A DNA stretch of 63,493 nucleotides, the filler included, from Choristocarpus tenellus KU-1152 (Eukaryota; Protista; Phaeophyceae): NCBI GenBank assembly GCA_964200185.2. It is 7 parts of 7 records of this genome, joined end to end, with 100 filler letters (N's around TTAATTAATTAA, not from the genome) between each part and the next. Parts side by side here need not be neighbours in the genome. Positions count along the whole stretch, not along the records: positions 35,197 to 43,925 come from CAXNAD020004399.1; positions 44,026 to 63,493 come from CAXNAD020000463.1; 5 more parts are not named here. One strand, given 5' to 3'. A program made the position numbers and the translations under genes. Shown one piece after another: positions 38,941-52,703 of this stretch. How positions within the stretch are numbered: position 1 is the stretch's first letter; every line of letters begins with the position of its first letter. The notes beneath the pieces were generated by a model. That model did no database searches. It worked only from the letters and a program-made list of their open reading frames with translations, and was not told where the DNA came from.

Positions 38941-40990
38941 AGGTGTATTGCGCAGACACTAAAAGATAGCCCACCAAAATCTCAAGCAAAACGGGGCAGC
39001 CTACACTTATCTATGATTGCGCCCCCAAAACCTCCAAAACTCCATTCCAGCATGGTATATCACCGCATCTACTGGGTCATTCACAGGGAGCTTGCCCGCC
39101 TTCTCGGCCTTTTCCTTGCCAAGATTGGGAATTTTGAAGACCCCACTTCTTCCATTCGGAATTAAATGAAACGTAACGTTTTCAAGCTCCATTTTCACCT
39201 CGGAATGACCCACATGATAAAGCCTCTTGATGAGGCTTAGTTCTCACATAGATTGGGAGGTGCACCAAGTTTGAGATGGTGGGCTGTCACGACTGTTGGG
39301 GACCACCAGTGCAAAGTCGACCAAGTCGCATTTGACCGGGTTCAACTACCTAAACTGTCAAAGTGGGTGTATATTGGGATGCCTAGAATGAAGGCCCCCC
39401 GTTGTTCAAGCGGCTTCCTCATTCTGTTGCTGCCCGTCGGTTCCAACTCTTGGGGCCAGAAGTCTGTCTGGGGTCCAGAGACTCAAACACCCCTACAATG
39501 AACAGTGCAGTAGTGCGATCCCTATAGGCGAGAGGGCACGAAACTTGGAAAATCGGGGGACACAGGAGGCCATTGCTGAGGACTTTGGAATTTTCCAAAT
39601 CACCATGTTCCATCATCTAAAGGAGAACAACAGCGCGATCGTGTGGGGTGAAAGCACGGACCTTGTACGATGTCGCAAGTGGTGATGTGGTCGCCGTGTA
39701 AGTATCCTTGACGTTTGGGATGTCCCATCAGTACACGGCACATCTTTCTACAAATGAGTGACCGGAGCTGGGATCTCCCTTGTCTCGTTGTGTATCCGTT
39801 CAAGCACGAGAAGGTGAAGAAGTTCAAGTGGTGGATTAAGCCAGTCCTCTCAGACCAGTAGAAAGTCAACAGAGTGGGTTTCATCATCAGTTACACAAAA
39901 AGGAGGGGAGGAAGTGGGATAGTAGTGGACAATCTGTATGACTGGTTGCATCTGGACAAGTAGTGGTCTTACATCCTCAAATATGGGCAAGGCGTGCACC
40001 TGCACCCCACTGAGCACCCCACCAAACCCCCACAGGCACAAAATAGGCGTTAGATTGCAAAGGTGATGTTCCTTGCACTTATGGCCTGCTTTAGGAACTT
40101 TTCCACTGAGGTGTGGTTTGATGGAAATCAGGATCTGGCAATCGTGGATACTAGGGTTTCTCAGTGCTCCAGTAAACACCACCCCAAGGGCACCCAGGTA
40201 TTTGTGTCAGCCACGGTGGACGGGGAGGGGTATAAGAAGCTCAAGATTGAGGATGTCATCCCGGCAATCAAGACCTTCCATGCCTAGGCCGGAACAGACC
40301 CAAAGTATCTGGGGAGGGGAGGGGGTCTACAATAGGGTGTCCATTTGAAACAAAATCAGGAAAAGTGTATTTTCATTATCCATATCGGATGTATGCAACC
40401 AAATCACACAAAAATCACAACATGAAAAAATTGACCCCAAACGGACGGCTGACACCCCCCCTCAGATACTTTAAGCCAACACCATCTTCAAGCAGCAGGA
40501 TGGGGTAAAGCCACTCATCAAGGGGTGAATCATGGAGCCAATCAAGGAGGCGGTGGGGGATGGCATTGTCATAGAGGCCCAGCCAGTCAACTTGTCCGAA
40601 CTCAACATCAACGGCCTGGGATTCTTTCATTCCATCCAGCAACTGAAGGGAGATGTGAGGGTGACCAACACAGAGGTGCTGGTGGAGGCCACAACGGAGG
40701 CATTTGATATGTACACCTGGGAGATGTTATAGTGTGTTTGGCAGAGCCTCTTTACAGTCTACAATGAAGTGCGGGGGTTCAAGGGTGACAACGTCTCCAA
40801 AATTCCCCATCTCAGGAAAGAAAATGCTGAGAAGGTGGGCAAGGTCCCTATGATGCCCAGTGGATGTGGCGAAATACTTTGCTGGAACAGAGTTTTGGTG
40901 GGCTTCAGGGGTGGAATCATAGATAGCGGTATGGCGCTCCATTTTTCTTGAGAGTTTGGTGAGCAACCCTTCACTGTCTGCACAATACAC
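38941..40990 (+). mobile_element. Decayed Tc1/mariner DD39D-like DNA transposon with ~200-bp inverted arms
   Basis: Pseudogenised transposase ~39600-40925: WIKPVLSDQ*KVNRV, DNLYDWLHLDK*W (first D), ATVDGEGYKKLKIEDVIPAIK, TIFKQQDGVKP (second D), AQPVNLSELNINGLGFFHSIQQLK (third D region), KIPHLRKENAEKVGKVP. Ends read GGTGTATTG(C/T)GCAGAC in inverted orientation. Confidence 0.8.
40297..40477. mobile_element. MITE family A copy inserted in the mariner transposase
   Basis: TIRs as family A; exact TSD AACA. Confidence 0.85.
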
Positions 40991-41499
40991 CCATAAGATA
41001 TGAACAAGCAAAAAAACTTGCTTCTTCATCGGGGCTGCAAAATATAGTATGTTACAATTAATTCCGAAAAGACGAACTAGAATATTTTTCCTTGCCGATT
41101 GTTGGTAAGAGAAAATAGATTTTGGAATTTTCTCATGCCTTGTGTACTTTGTCGTTGGTGAGGAGTTAATTGAGATGAGGCCAAGTCTGGAACAATGTCG
41201 AGAACTCGTGTGCTCTCTGTTACTATTTTAAGGCGGATATAGGGGATGAAGTTATCCTACGGTACCTGGTCCATTCTGTGTCGCTCTGTACGAACTTGTT
41301 GAATGGATACATACAAGGTCCTTTCCGTATGATCTTATGTTCGAAAGTATTACTTAACAATATATAGCCTCCTCAACTCTACCATCTTTACGATAAGAAC
41401 ATATCTTGTGAAACGTACTTTGATGAACAAAAGCATCGGTTATTTTCTTACGCCATGGAAATTAGCGAAAGCGATATATAAAGGTATTAGCTCTAATGA

Positions 41500-42900
41500 T
41501 TATCAACTTATCGTGAATGCAACAGTCTAAGGAGCTTTTCGGTTTGCGTTGAGGCAGGACGAAATTGCCGAGGAAGGCTGAACGAAGCATGTCATCAGAA
41601 CTATGATAATCCCCAGTAGCCTTTGTCTAAGCCAGATAGGTCAACATCTTCATCTGTCGAGAGCCAGCTCTCCAGAGTGTTGAGTTTGGTATAATTGCTG
41701 CCGGCACCTTCAGATAGCTCTCTGCACTTGTCACAATGTGGATCAGCGGATATCGCCTGTGTGCGCTCAAAATCGCTATGGTATGGCAGATACTATTGGG
41801 AATCAAAGAGACCCAATAGTAAGGTGCTTACGATCTTCCAGTTCTTCAAAATCAAAGAGAACACTGAAGAGCCCAACACACAGTGCCAGGGCGGTGGTGC
41901 AGGCTCAGAGCAAAAAGGGTAATGGAAAGGAGAAAAGGGAAGAAATATGTGGTGCGTCGTTGAAGAAGGGCTATCAGGGCGACCAAAGTATTTATCTTCG
42001 CTGTGTACAAAAGCACGAGTTCGACATGTATGAGGAGGAATGCAAGCGCTCGAGGGTGAGTAAGAATGCCAAAGCTGGAGCTGTTTCAGACAAGTTTCTC
42101 TTTGAAAACTTGTCCTTCTTGTCGTTTCTATTTTGTCTGTGACTTTGAACCTCACGAATCTCAAAACTATCCGTGACGTATTGCCTCTGAAGATAACATT
42201 ATCATCTCACTTTAAACATTAACAGTAGATTTGAAAATTGACCTATATATTACTGTTTGTGCAACCAATATTTTATCGTTTTTGTTCATCGCTCTCCTCT
42301 AAAGTCCTACATACTATCGTTACAAATTGCGCTTTGCTTGTCACTGCCTCTGCACCAGTGACAGTATGCAAGGGATCACCTGGTTCGTGTCTGAACATGG
42401 CATATCCGAATCTAGGCGCAATGGACTCAACCGAATTTTAGCAATCTGGAGCCTTGCAGGCTAATCCGAATTTGTCATTGGGACAGCCATTGATTGTCAA
42501 CCAGAGATGAGGAGACTTGAAGAAGTATACATACACTCCGAAGTATGATTCGTATCAGTTACTTTTGCCATCATATCCCACTTCACTGATGCACCCTACA
42601 ACGTTCAACAGGGTGCTTCTCGAGGTTTATGTGGAGGTTCGAAACACATTGTTCGCAAGCTGCGCTTAGAGTGCTTGAGGTTTGGGTACTCAAGAACCTA
42701 CTTGAGGGTTTCAACACTCGACCTTACCAGTGTTGCTTCAGTCGGGTATTGATTCCAATGATGCTTTGAGTATAGTTCCGTGGAACATTTCGGGTGTGGA
42801 TCATCTTCCCTGGGAAGTGCTCCTTTTTCTGGGCAGCACACCCATTCAGACATCGAGCCCTGGATCCAGAAGGTCAGTTGAAGATTGGCTTGTGTCCTGT
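41500..42900 (+). mobile_element. Possible LTR-retrotransposon gag/pol remnant
   Basis: Basic stretch followed by a degenerate zinc-knuckle-like segment (KKGNGKEKREEICGASLKKG); very decayed. Confidence 0.25.
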
Positions 42901-43399
42901 CCCATCTGCAATTGTGTCACCTATCTGGGAAGTACATACTAATAACTACTGAATATCTAATTTCCAATTTTAGGACACCATTTGTATTTTATTTTGGTAG
43001 TAGTAGTAGCGAGCGATACCATTTTTGGAAAACAAACAAGACGATACTTTGTTTCTATTCTTTCTTGATCCAGAGATAATTATTGTTTCAAAGGCATTTC
43101 GCAATTTGCTTCAACTTAATCTCCATTATCTCTGTTTCTGTGTGTGCCACCTCCTGTGTCTGTGTACTGTATGCGGGTGGTGAGTGAGTAGTTCAACAGC
43201 TTTATGGGTGATGAGGTACAGTCATGTGACCTTTTGCATGACAGGACTGCTGACCAGGGAGCAAACATCCTCAACACTCTACGTGAGCTCATGATACCTG
43301 CAATAACATCGGCTGTGCGCATAAGCTTGAAAGCTTTTGTTATGTAAGCGCCCTGTATGATCAGTGCTATGTAGACACGGGGAAGAACAAAGCGGGTAG

Positions 43400-43759
43400 G
43401 GAACTACAAGAAACACAAAAGAAATATCAAGAGGGATCTCCACGGTGAGGAGTGGGCACTTTTGCGTGAACTACCCAGTCTTCTTGAGCTGTCGACAGAT
43501 ATCACGGCTGGTATTCAGGGTGGGCGTGATGGTTCATGGGCAGAATCACTTGTTTCATGACTGACCTCAGTAACATCTACAACGAGGATGCACACCCCAT
43601 CAAGAATTTGTCGAGCAACGGAGATGATGCTGTGGAGGACAAATCAGTGGGAAACCTCATTGATGGTTCGCAAGTGTCCCTCAGGATTCTCCTTGAGGAT
43701 ATGAAGGCACGAAAGCTTGGTGTGCCAACTATTGTTGAGGAGCAAGTGACACTCTTTCT
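43400..43759 (+). mobile_element. Probable hAT transposase remnant truncated by MITE B
   Basis: DLHGEEWALLRELPSLLELSTDITAGIQGG (cf. hAT L..EEW..L..L...L.PF...T...QG) and VEEQVTLFL, cut where LDPR would be expected. Confidence 0.45.
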
Positions 43760-43925
43760 GAGCCAAAGTATCTTAGAGGGTAGAGCCGCGTACATTTGGG
43801 GTCCAAAATCCAATGTTCTGATTTTGAGGCTCAAAGTATCTTGGGGGGGGGGTCGCGGCTGTCCATTTGGTGTCAAACTTTTTCCTGTCACAACTTTTGG
43901 GTGATTTGGTTGCATACGTGTAAAT
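43760..43925. mobile_element. MITE B left end (43760-43827) with nested MITE A (43828-43925), cut by contig end
   Basis: GAGCCAAAGTATCTTAGAGGG... followed directly by GGCTCAAAGTATCTTGGGGG... Confidence 0.8.
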
Positions 43926-44025
43926 NNNNNNNNNNNNNNNNNNNNNNNNNNNNNNNNNNNNNNNNNNNNTTAATTAATTAANNNNNNNNNNNNNNNNNNN
44001 NNNNNNNNNNNNNNNNNNNNNNNNN

Positions 44026-44166
44026 TATACATTATGAAAAGGTGTGTCTGGAACAAGGATATTGACACTTACTAACAAACATGATAGCCAAAATTACATC
44101 AAAATCACAACATTGGATTTTGACCCCCAAATGGACACCGCTCTACCCTCTAAGACACTTTGGCTC
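44026..44166. mobile_element. MITE family B partial copy (reverse orientation)
   Basis: Ends CTCTACCCTCTAAGACACTTTGGCTC. Confidence 0.75.
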
Positions 44167-45767
44167 TATTCACATTTTTAGAGTGAGTGAGCTTGCATAA
44201 CATGCTATGATTTAACCAGCATTTGTGTCAATCTATTTTAACCGGCTGGTCATGGGTGAAATGTAACATGGCCAGGTTTCTGACTGGGCTGGTACAAACA
44301 AGTTCAAACATAGCTGAGTCCATGGTGATCAATTATTTCAACATGACCAAACCCTGGTCAGCAAGGTACAAACAGCAAGAAATTTCAGAACGCAATTCTT
44401 GGCAACACTACTGCAGTATTGTGTACTTAACAAGGGGGCTTTGGAAGGAGATTAAAAAATGCTACCTATCCCAAGAGGCATAAAGAATAGTGAGCTGGGG
44501 TTTTCTATATCTTCCAAAGCTGGTAACTTGGTTGGGGAGAGATACTGCCACCTTCCTGAGCTGCACAATCTAGAGTTTGAATCAGAAGGGTAAAATATGG
44601 GATGACTTCTGTGAAGACAACACATGCAGCAGAGTTTTGACATTCACCCAAACAAAGAGTCCAAGTGCTAAAGCACTCAAGCTATGGTTCATCATCGCAA
44701 ATCAGATTGTGCATGGTGGCACTTTGAAGGTTGGTAGCATTTCTAAGCTGGGTAGATCATTGGACAGAGATGTAGCTCCTTTAGACATGATGAAGTTAAT
44801 CCATCACCAACAACCTGTACATACACACTAACGATCCGCCAGAATGACATCAAACTCAGAGAATACAGCAACAACTACACTACATCATACCAGGACCACA
44901 CATTGGGTAGATAAAGTATGGGTCAAGGACAAGTGCCTTACGGACTCCACCCGCACCCTCAGTTCACTTCAACATCCACTGATGGACTTAAAGAGCAGTG
45001 ACCAAATGGGCAGGCAGGGGACATATTCTACACCAATCAGCAGGATTTTGCACCATGTTCTTTAACTGTCAATACACACCTCCCACCTATTGCAAACCCT
45101 GGATTAGTGCCTAAGGCACATGCACGGTGTTAACGCGTTATCTCAGAGAAAGACTATTGAAGAAGGGCATCAATATCATGAACCCAATTTTATAAACTTT
45201 AGCATTTCTATGCACTACATTTGTGCCTATTTTGAACTTTCAATGGAAAATTGGTATTGTCCACATACAGAGTAAAAGGAGCATATGATATATTTTTGAT
45301 ACAACTTGCGCAGTCACCACACCTCATTTCAAGGAATTTTGTTCGAGTGCAGAGTTAGCAGTTCCGGTCCTACACAACTAAGAGTTTGTGAAGGGACTTC
45401 ATGCCCAGTATGAAGGCCACAATGCCTTCATACTATGCACGGTTTGGCAAAGCCTGTTGAAGGTGTACAACACCATACTGAAGTCAACATCAACTTTGTC
45501 ATTGTGTATGCGGGAGAAACAGCAGAGCATAAAGGGACAAGAAACTAGCCTTCGGTGAAAAACTTGAACTCCCAGGCTACTTTAATGTTGTGGACTGGTT
45601 GGTGGATAGGACAGTGATTGTATATCTATGGTCTAACGAATGCCCAGGAATCCAAATTTGCTACAATAATCTTTTTTAAATGCCTCCATCAGGAGTATAT
45701 CAATGAAATGCCAGGCTCTTGATAAGAAGGTAGCAAATACTTCAAACACAATTTTTCCCCTACACAC

Positions 45768-48700
45768 CTTCCCGCATCCTCTTGAGCAAGTTCTTCATAC
45801 GGCCTTCTGTCGTCAGGACCCATTTTTTGCCATCGGTCTCCCAAGACCTTACTGATTTCTGTGATCTTCAGATCAGGCTGTTCTGCCTTGACCTAATCAA
45901 TTCAAAAATGAAATGCACTGTCAATTTCTTGTTGTCAGATTGGGTGCAGATCTGCTTATCATTTCATTCTCATGTGTGTGTTCCCAATCAATGGTCACCT
46001 GCCAGCACAGCACATGCATCCTTGCCCATGGTGCGTGCATGTCCAACAAGAGTCAATGACATGAAACTGTGGTTGCATGTTCAGTCTGTTCTTGCAAAAA
46101 AGTAATTAGGGCAATATGGAAGTAGGCTGAGTTTTAATTATGCCCTCATTTTCCCCACTCTCACCTCAGCTCGCTTAGCTTGACTAAATTGCATGAAGGC
46201 GGTTTTTCTCCCCTTCGGTGCATTGGGATCCTTCTTCCGTTTCTTTGTTGGTGTTGGTGTTGGCGTTGGTGCAGAACGATTCTCATGTCCTGCTGGGCGC
46301 TGAAAAGAGAACCAAGAAAAGAGCTTTAATACCCAAAGGTCATTTTGACGACAAATTGCACACCAAGGGAATCACTCGTTGAAGGTGGAGAGGCATGGAT
46401 ATCTTATGTGTATTCAAAACATGATCAGCGAGCAGAATTTGCAACATATTCACACCATTCAATTAATGTGAACAAGCACCCTGAAATTAAAAACCCCAGA
46501 AGACAAACTCCCTTCTGATCATAGTACAAACTGCTAGAAGTGGGCACTTACGCCATGACAGGGTTGAGGGGTGACCAATTTTCTTTTTGCGTATCTGATT
46601 CGACCTACAATTACAAGTACACATATATATATATATCCAGCACATCTTTAACTCTACTTCCCACCTTTGGTTTCTTTTCTTTGGCCTTTTCCTTTTCCCT
46701 CTTCCTTTGCTTTTCTTTCTTCTCCTTTCTAGCCTTCTTTTCTTGTTTCTCCTCTTCCTTCTTTTCTCGTTGCTCCTCTTTCTCCTCTTCACTCTCATCA
46801 CTGTCCCCTTCCCCAGAATCAGATCCGGATGCTCCTCCAGCATCACTCTCGCTTGGAGGAGCATAATCAGCATCCTCAGAGCTCTCACCATCCTATACAA
46901 ATACAAACAACAAGATAGGTACATGTCTTGACAACACGACAACAGAACTAACCCCAACCTCAAGTACACAACTGCTGTAGGTGAAGGTTTGTATCATCAT
47001 ATAACCTCAAATGTCAATATGCGTCATACATATTTGCACTTATACAAAGAACTTGTAGATATCATTTGAGAGAACATCTATACCAACTGGCATACATAGC
47101 ATTGGGGACTCCAGTGGCAATGTCTGCAAAGCTTGAGCACACAGGGAGTCCTGAGCACACACTTATCAAATTGTGGTGTCTTTTATGACCTTCCACAGGA
47201 ATGCACCACCTTGACAGTCTTCACAACCGTATAAATGTCAGGAATACTTCACACATGAGTATGATTTAACATGCACAACACCTACATATGTACATGCAAT
47301 CAACATCTTTGTACAACCTTCACAAGACAACAGCCCACTTAGCCACACAAAAAAGCAGAGAACATCCCTCTGGAACCAATCCTGCTCATCCATGTCCCAT
47401 TCAGTGGAAACAAAATTCACCTGATCATTATCGTCCATGGCAGCTCTGTATGGGTCATGCTCGTCCAGGTCTCCCAGTTGTAGCATAGAGTTTTCATTGC
47501 TCTGCTTTATGTTTTTGATCCTCAGCTTCTTTGTGCGTAAAAATTCATAGAGTGAGTCATATTCCGGGCGATCAATGCCACTGAAGGTGTAAGGCTTCCG
47601 TGCCTCCCCCGCAACAGACTTGAGTGATACACACAAATCGAAGTTGCGGGTCACTCCAGCTCCCTGGAGAAAGAAATGTGGTCTCAAGTTATGTCATCCA
47701 CCAGCAGTCCAAGCCATCTAACACCCAACTATCAAGTTTGTCTTCAGAAGTGAACACCCACTCCTTCTGTACTCTACATTACACCAATTACTATGCAACC
47801 AACCTTGTGTAGCCAATAGGAATAATCTTGATATAATGTTGAATTAAGTTATCAATTATCAACATTCCCAAGGTGTGAAGTGGGGACTATATCGGAGGGC
47901 CTCTTGGGGACATTCAAATCCTAACCCTAATATCTATAGCAAAAGTATCAATATAAATATCAAAAACTGGAAATTTCACAGGTTGCTCTTGCATTGCATA
48001 AATGAATACAGCAATAAAGTAAATAAAATGTGTGAACACTTCATTGTTCATTTCCAGTTTTTACGAAGCCCACATTCTCAGTCCAGTTGCTTGGCACCAT
48101 ACACCATTGACTCCTTAAAATACTCCCCTGAACTTTGAACACAATCAGAGCCTCTGAGGTGTTAGTTTCTATACCCTACCACCAATGACTTTCACTCTTC
48201 TCAAGTCCATATACGTTTGGGAGCCTTGGGTAAATAATGCGGGGCCTCTTGGCATACTACACATGAGGGAAACCATGATAAATGAAAAAGTGTCATACTC
48301 TGCTTGGATTCACAAACAAGTCAACAAGTCACAGAATTAATCATAGTTCAAGGTTTACCCTTATGATAGGGATACAGTTGATCACCGGACCAGAATACCT
48401 AAAAAGATCACTGGATAATAGATACATCAATCTGTTTGAACAAGACTAATAACATGACTCTTCCATTGCATCATGACTGCTCTTGTGAGTCATTCTCCAT
48501 TTCAACCCTACAAGCGTACACATTTCATATCATCGGTAGTTTCAGCATCATTGCAAGTCTCAAAAACTGGATACTTTCTTGGAAGCATGTGTCAATCTTT
48601 TTATCATAATCACACAGTGCAATGCATTTCATTATCCCCACAGCCTGGATGGGAAAAGACTTGCCTCTCCAACTAAATTCGTACCAGCTGGTACCTACTA

Positions 48701-51700
48701 GATCAAAAATGTATGCAAGATCTCAACACTGCAACAATTAGTGTCGGAAATAGATATACTTCTGGCAGCATGACTAAATCTTCAACTATCACAAGCTTAA
48801 GTTTTCTAAGATGACATCAGAGGCTTTACGAAAGACCAAGGTATCTCCTTCAACTTTTAGTCTTACGTCATTTAGGTGATTTGTATAGTACTCACATTTT
48901 TTTATTGTCCTTCAGTTTACATTCATAAAAGATATCCACAAACCATTAATAACTCATGGGCACAACAAATCACATAGTCACAAGGAGGGTAAAGAGGTGA
49001 AGCCATTATGGGGCACCAACAACTGGCCAGTGGGGAATATGGGATATTGTTTCTATATTCCTTTACTCAACTTCATAAACCATACACCTCAAAGTAGCAA
49101 CACCAAAAATGTTCCAGGTGACATCATTATTATTAAAAATGCAAAATTTTAATTAATCAAATGTCGTACCTGTACATACCTGAGCACCTCCATAGCGTTG
49201 GAACTCAACAGCATCGATCTCATCAAAGCTGATGATGCAAGTTGGCTTGTGGATGAAAATGAACGACTGTGCAATAGTTGGAATAAACAAAGAATTAAGA
49301 GAAATAATTAGAAGATGGTATATAAATTTGAACTCCTGGAACATGAAGCTTTCTAATTTAGCTGTCCTACATGTATTCTACCAGGCCATTAGCCACCACA
49401 TACCTTATTGAGGGGGTATAGATGCCCCTTGTTGGCACCCAGTGCACACTCCACAGCCTTGGCCCCATTGACACTACTAAACTTCCCAGTGACATAAACT
49501 GATTTGCCTGAAAGCACCTTAAACACCTACAGCAGTTGCAAAGAAGTATATTTTCAGAATGAGCACCTGACCACATATCATGACATAGTGATGCGAGACC
49601 TGGACGATTTACACCCCAGAAAATTATTTTATCGACAATTGCAAAAGTGCTGGTTTTCCCTAACATGTTAAGGCCGTACAGGGATACATATAAGAGGAGA
49701 ATGACACAACCAGGAAAAATACAGTAGCTTAACAAGAACACAATAAAAAATCTAGAAGAGAAATGAGGGCATTGTGGGAAATAACATCCAAAACAGCGAA
49801 AACCCAGGCACAGCATGGGTCATATTTGGCATTGAACAATGGAAACCGTCATATTGAACTGTAATATTAACAAATATATTTGTAAAGAAAATGCAAAGCA
49901 TTGTAGCTATATCTTAAACAAATTCCACCGACAGGTACATTTGCTTGGACTGAAGAACACAACCAAAAAAACTTTGCTGGCACATCACCTACCTTGGCAA
50001 TCAGGTTGTGCAGGGGCCCTGTCATCTCGGAGTTGAGGTTCCCATTGTAGTTTTGCTTTAGGTCTTCCTCTGTCATGTTAACCACAATTGTGGCCTCATC
50101 CTGGTCATGCAGATCATGAAGAGATGGTGACACAAGTACAAGAAATGGGGCTACACAAGACAGTGGAGAGAGAGAGGTCATGGTGAGGTTTCATATTCTC
50201 ACCTTGATTGTCCTTAATACAAGATGCTGGTATCGCTGCTGTCCCTGGCGAATAGGTTTGTCCAGTGAAATGACAAAGGCCACATATCGCTCATCAGGTT
50301 TTTCCAGGAGGAAGAGCTTGGAGATATCACTATACTGGATTTTGTAGTCATAGCTGGATACAAAAATGTGCACAGAGTTCTCGAGTTTACATTGGTGCAG
50401 AAAAATATACAAGGGCTACACTCACAGAATGAACACAGTTGACAACACTCAGTATCCAACACCAAACTAACCCTAGCAAAGGAACAATTGGATCTATTTC
50501 ACACAGGAGCAGGACCTGTAGGGAGTTTTTTCAGAACGTTTCTAGCTTGGTTATGAGTAACGTGCACACTTGAACGGTAACGTGCACATGAGGAAAAAAA
50601 ATAATATGACAGCACTAATCATGACCTTGAAATAATTGAAATAATACAATACGGTCACAAATCTTCTAGATCGAGAAGCTGTCCAGTCCAGTCCTGAGTA
50701 CCTCTATTGACCTCAAGCAATCAAATTTCTCATCCTATCTATGTAGCAGCAAACATCCCACACTAGATGGCAAACCTGCTGCCATGCATACGCATGAAGT
50801 AACTGTACATCTCAATAGAATAGCGACCTCTTGGAGTGTCGAATGTGCCTTGACTTTGATCAAACTCCACAAGCACTTTCCCCTTGACATCATGAATGTT
50901 GGCCCTCTCCATCACCTACAAAGAACAAGCAAAAATACAAGGATGCACACTTGACTTCCCTAGACGTTTCAAGATCACAGGGTCCTGCATCATGCAATGC
51001 ACACCCTAACGCTGTACAAATGTTTTACTATAATATATAGTAGTCATGTGAAACATACCACTCCACATTATCGGTCTGTTTAAATAAGTTTGGGATTGAT
51101 GGATTTGTGTAAGGAACACAGAGTTATCATCGTCATTACGTTGAACTCAAGCAGAATATCAAGACTGCGAGAATACTGCCCACACCAAAAACAGTCATCA
51201 CCTCTTTTTGAAGCATTTCTGCTGGGGAAGGGCCATCTTCATCATCATATGTGTCAGGAAGAGTGACTCGGATTGCCACCAAGGAGTCCTGGATTATTTA
51301 GTTGAAAAATAATCAAATATAGTCAGGACATTACAGCAGCAGTTATCTCCACTGACCAGCTCCTACAACCTTGCTGTTTATGTGGTGTAACCTTTACCCA
51401 CAGCCATTTCTAGGATAATGAAATGATTTATTGCCACGATACTAGGTTGCTAAATAACACAGTACGACAACACAGATGCAGTAGAAGCGCTGGGCTGTTA
51501 CATGACGGAGATATCTTTACTTCTATGCACACTCACAAAAACAGGAACCTTATCCCTTACATAAGCGCCACAGCTGTCTCCAATATGCCGAAATACCTAC
51601 CTCAATTTGACCTGTGGCATCACTCTCATGAAACTGCAGCTCAACGTCATTGCTCTTTTTCGTCCCTGGCATGACACACTGGCTCACATCTTTGATGTTC

Positions 51701-52544
51701 AGGTCGAACAGTATCCTGCACACAGAAGTATCCACCAGTGTGGCAAGAGGGAATTTTTCGTCCTTGTTCTCAATCTCTACATATTGTAAGTTCTACTTGA
51801 ACTGCATTGCATGCCTCTTCTCCCAGGTTATCAGTAGGACACACAAAAACTTGTTACGGGTGAGTTGAGTGAGACGTCCACGGTTTATCCTGCCCATGCA
51901 CTTACTTATTGTCTGAGCTGAATACGATCATGTTGTCCAGAACGTCGAACTTTCCGTGGTTTCCACCTCCGCAGTTAATTTTTTCCTTTGTTAAGGAAAC
52001 GTCAACGCCCGACAGGAACTTGTCCACTCCTGCCTCAACGCAAATTCAGGTGCGGGGATGTCAACCTAGGTTATAGTTGCAATGACTATTGCACTGGCAT
52101 CCACCGAAAGATGATAATAAAGCCTTTTGGTAGAGCGTAGCTCGGAACGGGAATAATCACACACTACACTGAACAGAAGCATCGGTGGTTGATGGTACCG
52201 AGTGCAAACGCAGCACCTGAGTACTGGTCGTTAGTGAAGCCATCAAAGCGCACTGGGGGACCCTCCCCCTTCATGAAGAGGCGCAAATGGCAGTAATCTC
52301 CAAACTGTGCCCAACTCGCGTGTGAAAGTGAGCTCCATTTCACCCTTTTCGACCTGTATGAGGTGTAAAAGGGATATCTCGGGAAGTTATCGTTCGACAA
52401 GAAAGAGGTCATCAGAGAGTAGGCAATACACTGCGAGTCTCACGTGGATTTATCTGCTGATGTCCAAACAGCTTCATCTGGTGTAACCGTGAGCGAACCT
52501 AGACTGTGCCCCTGCACACCGATCCTTGGATAATCTCTGCTCAT
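45768..52544 (-). CDS. SSRP1: FACT complex subunit SSRP1 (POB3 homolog with C-terminal HMG box)
   Basis: 14 phase-consistent GT-AG exons: 52544-52444, 52353-52217, 52029-51906, 51715-51601, 51288-51202, 50915-50776, 50353-50203, 50100-49993, 49526-49404, 49266-49180, 47663-47421, 46892-46665, 46299-46165, 45892-45768. Diagnostic peptides: RFDGF, KSNDVELQFHE, TPRGRYSIEMY..MRMHGSSYDYKIQYSDISKLFLLEKPD, SLDKPIRQGQQRYQHLVL, GHLYPLNKSFIFIHKP, TRNFDL, YTFSGIDRPEYDSLYEFLRTKKLRIKN, an acidic/basic tract, and HMG box KKDPNAPKGRKTAFMQFSQAKRAEVKAEQPDLKITEISKVLGDRW. The terminal exon with the stop codon was not identified. Confidence 0.95.
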
Positions 52545-52703
52545 CGTTCCTTGTGTTGCTGGAAATTTAGATGATCTGAGATGAGTCCAAAACCTTTCAA
52601 TTTGGATGATACTCATAGCCACCTCGCACCTCCAGAGGAAGTTCTAACAACATGATTGGAATTTCTGTTAGGAGAGAGGTGATACGACTATTGGAGGGAA
52701 CAA

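Noticed and set aside
41543-41559. 17-bp identity (TTTGCGTTGAGGCAGGA) with the SSRP1 intron 2/exon 3 boundary
   Set aside because: No extension on either side; treated as chance.
45410-45460. Candidate SSRP1 terminal exon (RLCQTVHSMKALWPSYWA*)
   Set aside because: Phase fits but the sequence does not match the expected HMG-box end (RY..EM..Y); left unassigned.
46487-46969. 160-aa Arg/Lys-rich ORF and the overlapping + strand ORFs
   Set aside because: Alternative frames of SSRP1 exon 12 (purine-rich acidic/basic tract).
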